In this document: piece by piece, positions 7,817 to 10,691 of the stretch
How positions within the stretch are numbered: the stretch's first letter is position 1
Layout: each line of letters begins with the position of its first letter
Source: Octopus sinensis
Lineage: Eukaryota
Length of the DNA stretch: 10,691 bases
Direction of reading: 5' to 3'
Assembly: GCF_006345805.1 (NCBI RefSeq)
Contig: NW_021827338.1
Span: forward strand, 1-10,691
Notes under the pieces: generated by a model
What the model saw: only the letters and a program-made list of their open reading frames with translations
What the model was told of the DNA's origin: nothing
The model's database searches: none
Program-made: the position numbers and the translations under genes

Positions 7817-10098
7817 TTAGTATTCCTGGCCCAGGGTGTTTAAACTTGGTCTAAATTTTTTTATGAAATATAGTTCTTTATTTTGGCGTTGTGTGAAGGT
7901 TTGCGTTTGTCACTGAATTTATAGAGTGGGTTAGTTGTAAATTTCGGATTTACATTTCCAGCACATCTATCTATGTGTCCGCTGACCGGTATTTTGCGGT
8001 AATCAGGGTTTCTAATTTGTGATTTATGCACCGCCATCCTGTTACGTAAGCTATTTTTTGTATGGCCTATATACTGCCTATTGCAGCCTGCGCATGTTAT
8101 GACGTAAATTAAGTTTTCTGATGCGCAGGTGAAGTTTGTTCTAATGGTGAACTGGTGGCCTTGTTCCAGTATAAATTCTGATCCTTCTTTCAAGATGACA
8201 CAGATTCCGCAGTTGGGCCTTCCACATTTTCTAACTGCTGGTTTTGTGGTTGATGTTGAGTGCAGTGTAGCTTGGGTTAAAATCCTTTTCAAGGATTTTG
8301 GTTGCCGTTTACTTTTAATGATGGTGTGTGTTTCGAGGATCCGGTTCATCTTTGGGTCTCCCTTTAGTAGGGCTGTGCTTTGTAGTATGGTGTTGAAGGC
8401 CTCATTGTTGAGTGGGTTGGTGTAGAGATGTAGGGAAGGGTTTTTAATTGTTCTTTCTTTTTTGGTTTTGTTTGTCTCAGGTCTTCTATACTTAATTTAA
8501 GTACCCGTTGGATTGCACTGTCTATTAGGGGCTGTGGATAGTTTCTATTTGTGAGTGTGGTTCTAAGTTCCTGGAGACGTGTGTGTCGGGTTTTGTGTCT
8601 GATTTATGGTGCAAATCCTTCTAGCTAAACAAAAAGGGACATTCATTCTAGTGTGTCGTGGGTGGCATGAACAAAGGGTAGGTACTGTTTAGAGTCTGTC
8701 GGTTTATAGTAGATATCTGTCTCTATTTTTTGCCGGTTTTCTTAATGAGGATGTCTAAAAATGGTAATTCTTTTTCGTTGTGGTCCATCGTGAATTGTAT
8801 ATTGTCATTTATTCCATTTAATAGTATTTTAAATTCCTCAAGTTTCTCTATACCTTTGTCCCAGATGATGAAACAGTCATCGAGGTATCTTTTCCAGTTG
8901 TTATGGATATAGTTTCCATATTTCTCGAGTGTCATCCGGTATAGTATTTTCTCGAGGTATCCCATCACTAGGTTGGCAAAAGATGGTGCAGTACGCGTGC
9001 CCATCGCTGTTCCCGATCTTTGCCTGTAGAAATCATTGTCAAAAATAAAATAATTGTTCTCTAAAATGAATCTAAGTCCTTCTATTATAAGGTCTTTGTT
9101 TATGCGAGTTGGGAGTTCAAAGGGGTAGTTATTCAGCCAGAAGGTGATCGCTTCTATTCCTAGGTTGTGAGGGATGTTAGAATAAAGATTAACTACGTCG
9201 AATGATACTAAAGGGTTTTCTCATTGACTGTTTTAGGGAGGTGGTTGAGCATATCTATATCGTCTCTTACGTAGCTTTTGATGTGTTTTAGGAAAGGTTT
9301 AAGAAGTGGGTCTAAGAAATTGCTGAGGCGGTGAGTTTCACATGCTGGCCCTGCTATTATCGGTCTTAGTTTAAGATCATTTGGTGAAGGGATTTTGATG
9401 AGTGTGTCGGTGGATGTTTTGCACGTTTCTCTAATGGTTTGGCTTTTGTGTACCTTAGGGATACCATAGAACAAACTCGATTTGCATTTGAAGTTAGTGA
9501 TGTATTCATACTCCTTGTTCGTGAGTCCTTCTTGGTATGTGTTGATTAATGTCCTAAGGTTATGCATTATTTTTTGCTGGTTATACTGGTTTGGCCCTTT
9601 CATAATACGTTTCATCTCTTAATAGGGATAGCACTAAATTTTTACAATCGTTTGTATTCATTATTACTATCGCGTTGCCCTTATCTGCCTCCTAATTGTT
9701 ATTGTTTTGTCTTCTCTTAGTTTGATGAGGTCGTTCCATTCTCTTTTGTTGAAGTTAGGGCTGTGTTTTTGTTTCTTGATGAATTGAAAGGGGAAATTAG
9801 TTATGTAGTCACAATAGCGGTCTAAGGCTTTATTCTTACCCTTGGTGGGGGTGTAATTACTCTTGTTTCTAGCTATTCAGTCCTCCTCTATTTGTTTGTC
9901 TTGAAATGCCTCGGTGAGTCTTAGTTTTCTGCAAAATTCCGAAATATCATCTTTCATTTCATAGTAATTAGAACGTTGTGGGGTGGGTGTAAATTTAAGT
10001 CCTTTGGAGAGTATGCTTATTTCGTTAGGTGTAAGTTCTTTGTTTGAGAGATTGATTATCTTAATTACCTGAGGTTTCTTTTGTTTGTCCTTTGCCAT
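7817..10098 (-). pseudogene. Disrupted PLE polyprotein: N-terminal domain, reverse transcriptase, thumb, Cys linker, GIY-YIG endonuclease
   Basis: Stitched translation gives IINLSNKELT..LSKGLKFTPTP, (R)EADKGNAIV, FYGIPKVHK, LRPII, LVSFDVVNLYSNIP (Asp at 9197-9199), QRSGTAMGTRTAPSFANLVMG, RYLDD (8876-8887), LPFLD, TDIYYKPTD, CHP, CGRPNCGIC (8200-8226), NLIYVITCAGC..YIGHT (about 8060-8115) and KELYFIKKFRPSLN, with a stop at 7817-7819. One in-frame TGA (9877-9879) and at least 7 frameshifts. Confidence 0.92.
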
Positions 10099-10438
10099 CG
10101 TGTGTCCCTGTTCCTGTGTGTAAGGTCTAAAAAATGGTTGGTGTAGTTATGTTCAAAGCTATTATTTATCTGTCTCATGTTGTTATAATTGTCAGAGTGA
10201 GTTTGTGGTGCTCTGTTCTGGAGTCTGTTGTTGAACCTAGTGTTCGTCTTAGTTCCTCAGGTATATTGTGTGGTAGTTGTTTCCTCCGTAGTGCATTTGT
10301 TGTTTTTGTTATGGTTGTATGGTTGGTTCCTGGGGTAGATGTTTGGTAGTAGCGTTTTGGTTGGTTATGTGGGTTGTATTTTATAGTATTGTATGTTGTG
10401 GCTCTAGGTTCGTGGAATGGTGTGTTAGGGACCCTATA

Positions 10439-10681
10439 AGTGTTTTGGGTTGGTGTAATGGTAGTGTGGGGTGCGTTTTAAATGCATTTTTCTGGTGTAG
10501 AGTGGTGTTTGGATTTCTTGGTGGTTGTTCTGCTCTGTTGGTATGTCTATTTTCGAACTGGTGTGGTGGGGCCTCTGTAGGTGTTTTGGGGTTGGTGTAG
10601 TAGTGTGGGGTGTGTTTTAGGTGTACTTTTCTGGTGTAGATGTGATAGGATTTCTTGGTGGTTGTTCCGTTCTGTTGGTAT
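10439..10681. repeat. Degenerate tandem duplication of about 139 bp in the 5' region of the PLE
   Basis: CTGGTGTAGA at 10492 and 10631; GGATTTCTTGGTGGTTGTTC at 10511 and 10648; GTGTTTTGGG at 10440 and 10581. Confidence 0.85.
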
Positions 10682-10691
10682 TGGTTTGATT

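Larger units (their letters stand above)
6853..10691 (-). mobile_element. Penelope-like retroelement (C-terminal EN, probably Neptune clade); 5' part runs off the window
   Basis: RT motifs, a C-x4-C-x2-C linker and a GIY-YIG domain with CCHH lie in order on the minus strand. A roughly 960-bp pLTR-like 3' region with a hammerhead-like motif follows, ending at a (TA)n tract. Confidence 0.92.

Noticed and set aside
9877-9879. In-frame TGA as possible selenocysteine, as reported for some Naiad PLEs
   Set aside because: The domain order is C-terminal EN, not Naiad. The position is not a Cys site, is one change from TCA (Ser), and no SECIS could be identified.
8129-10600. Plus-strand ORFs antisense to the PLE (8129-8425, 8730-8912, 10134-10349, 10319-10600)
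   Set aside because: They are shadows of the A/C-rich minus-strand coding sequence, giving Val/Leu/Gly-rich translations without motifs.

Overview
This is repeat-saturated, AT-rich eukaryotic DNA with no recognisable host gene. The microsatellite density and SINE families suggest an octopod cephalopod (inference from memory, not a database match). The right 3.8 kb (about 6853 to the window end, minus strand) is a Penelope-like retroelement, probably Neptune clade. Its ORF (N-terminal domain, RT, Cys-rich linker, GIY-YIG endonuclease) is broken by many small indels. Its 3' pseudo-LTR contains, in minus-strand order: five fixed-spacing CRE+CCAAT modules, a TATA box, a possible splice donor, and a minimal type I hammerhead-like motif whose C3-G8 core pair is replaced by U3-A8. 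The element ends in the microsatellite of a half SINE. The left 6.8 kb holds a 58-bp-arm foldback, a probable non-autonomous Helitron, tRNA-derived SINEs of two families (one tail-to-tail inverted pair, one internally triplicated copy), a mariner 3' fragment with TIR and TA, and many simple repeats. Most ORFs in the supplied track are microsatellite artefacts.
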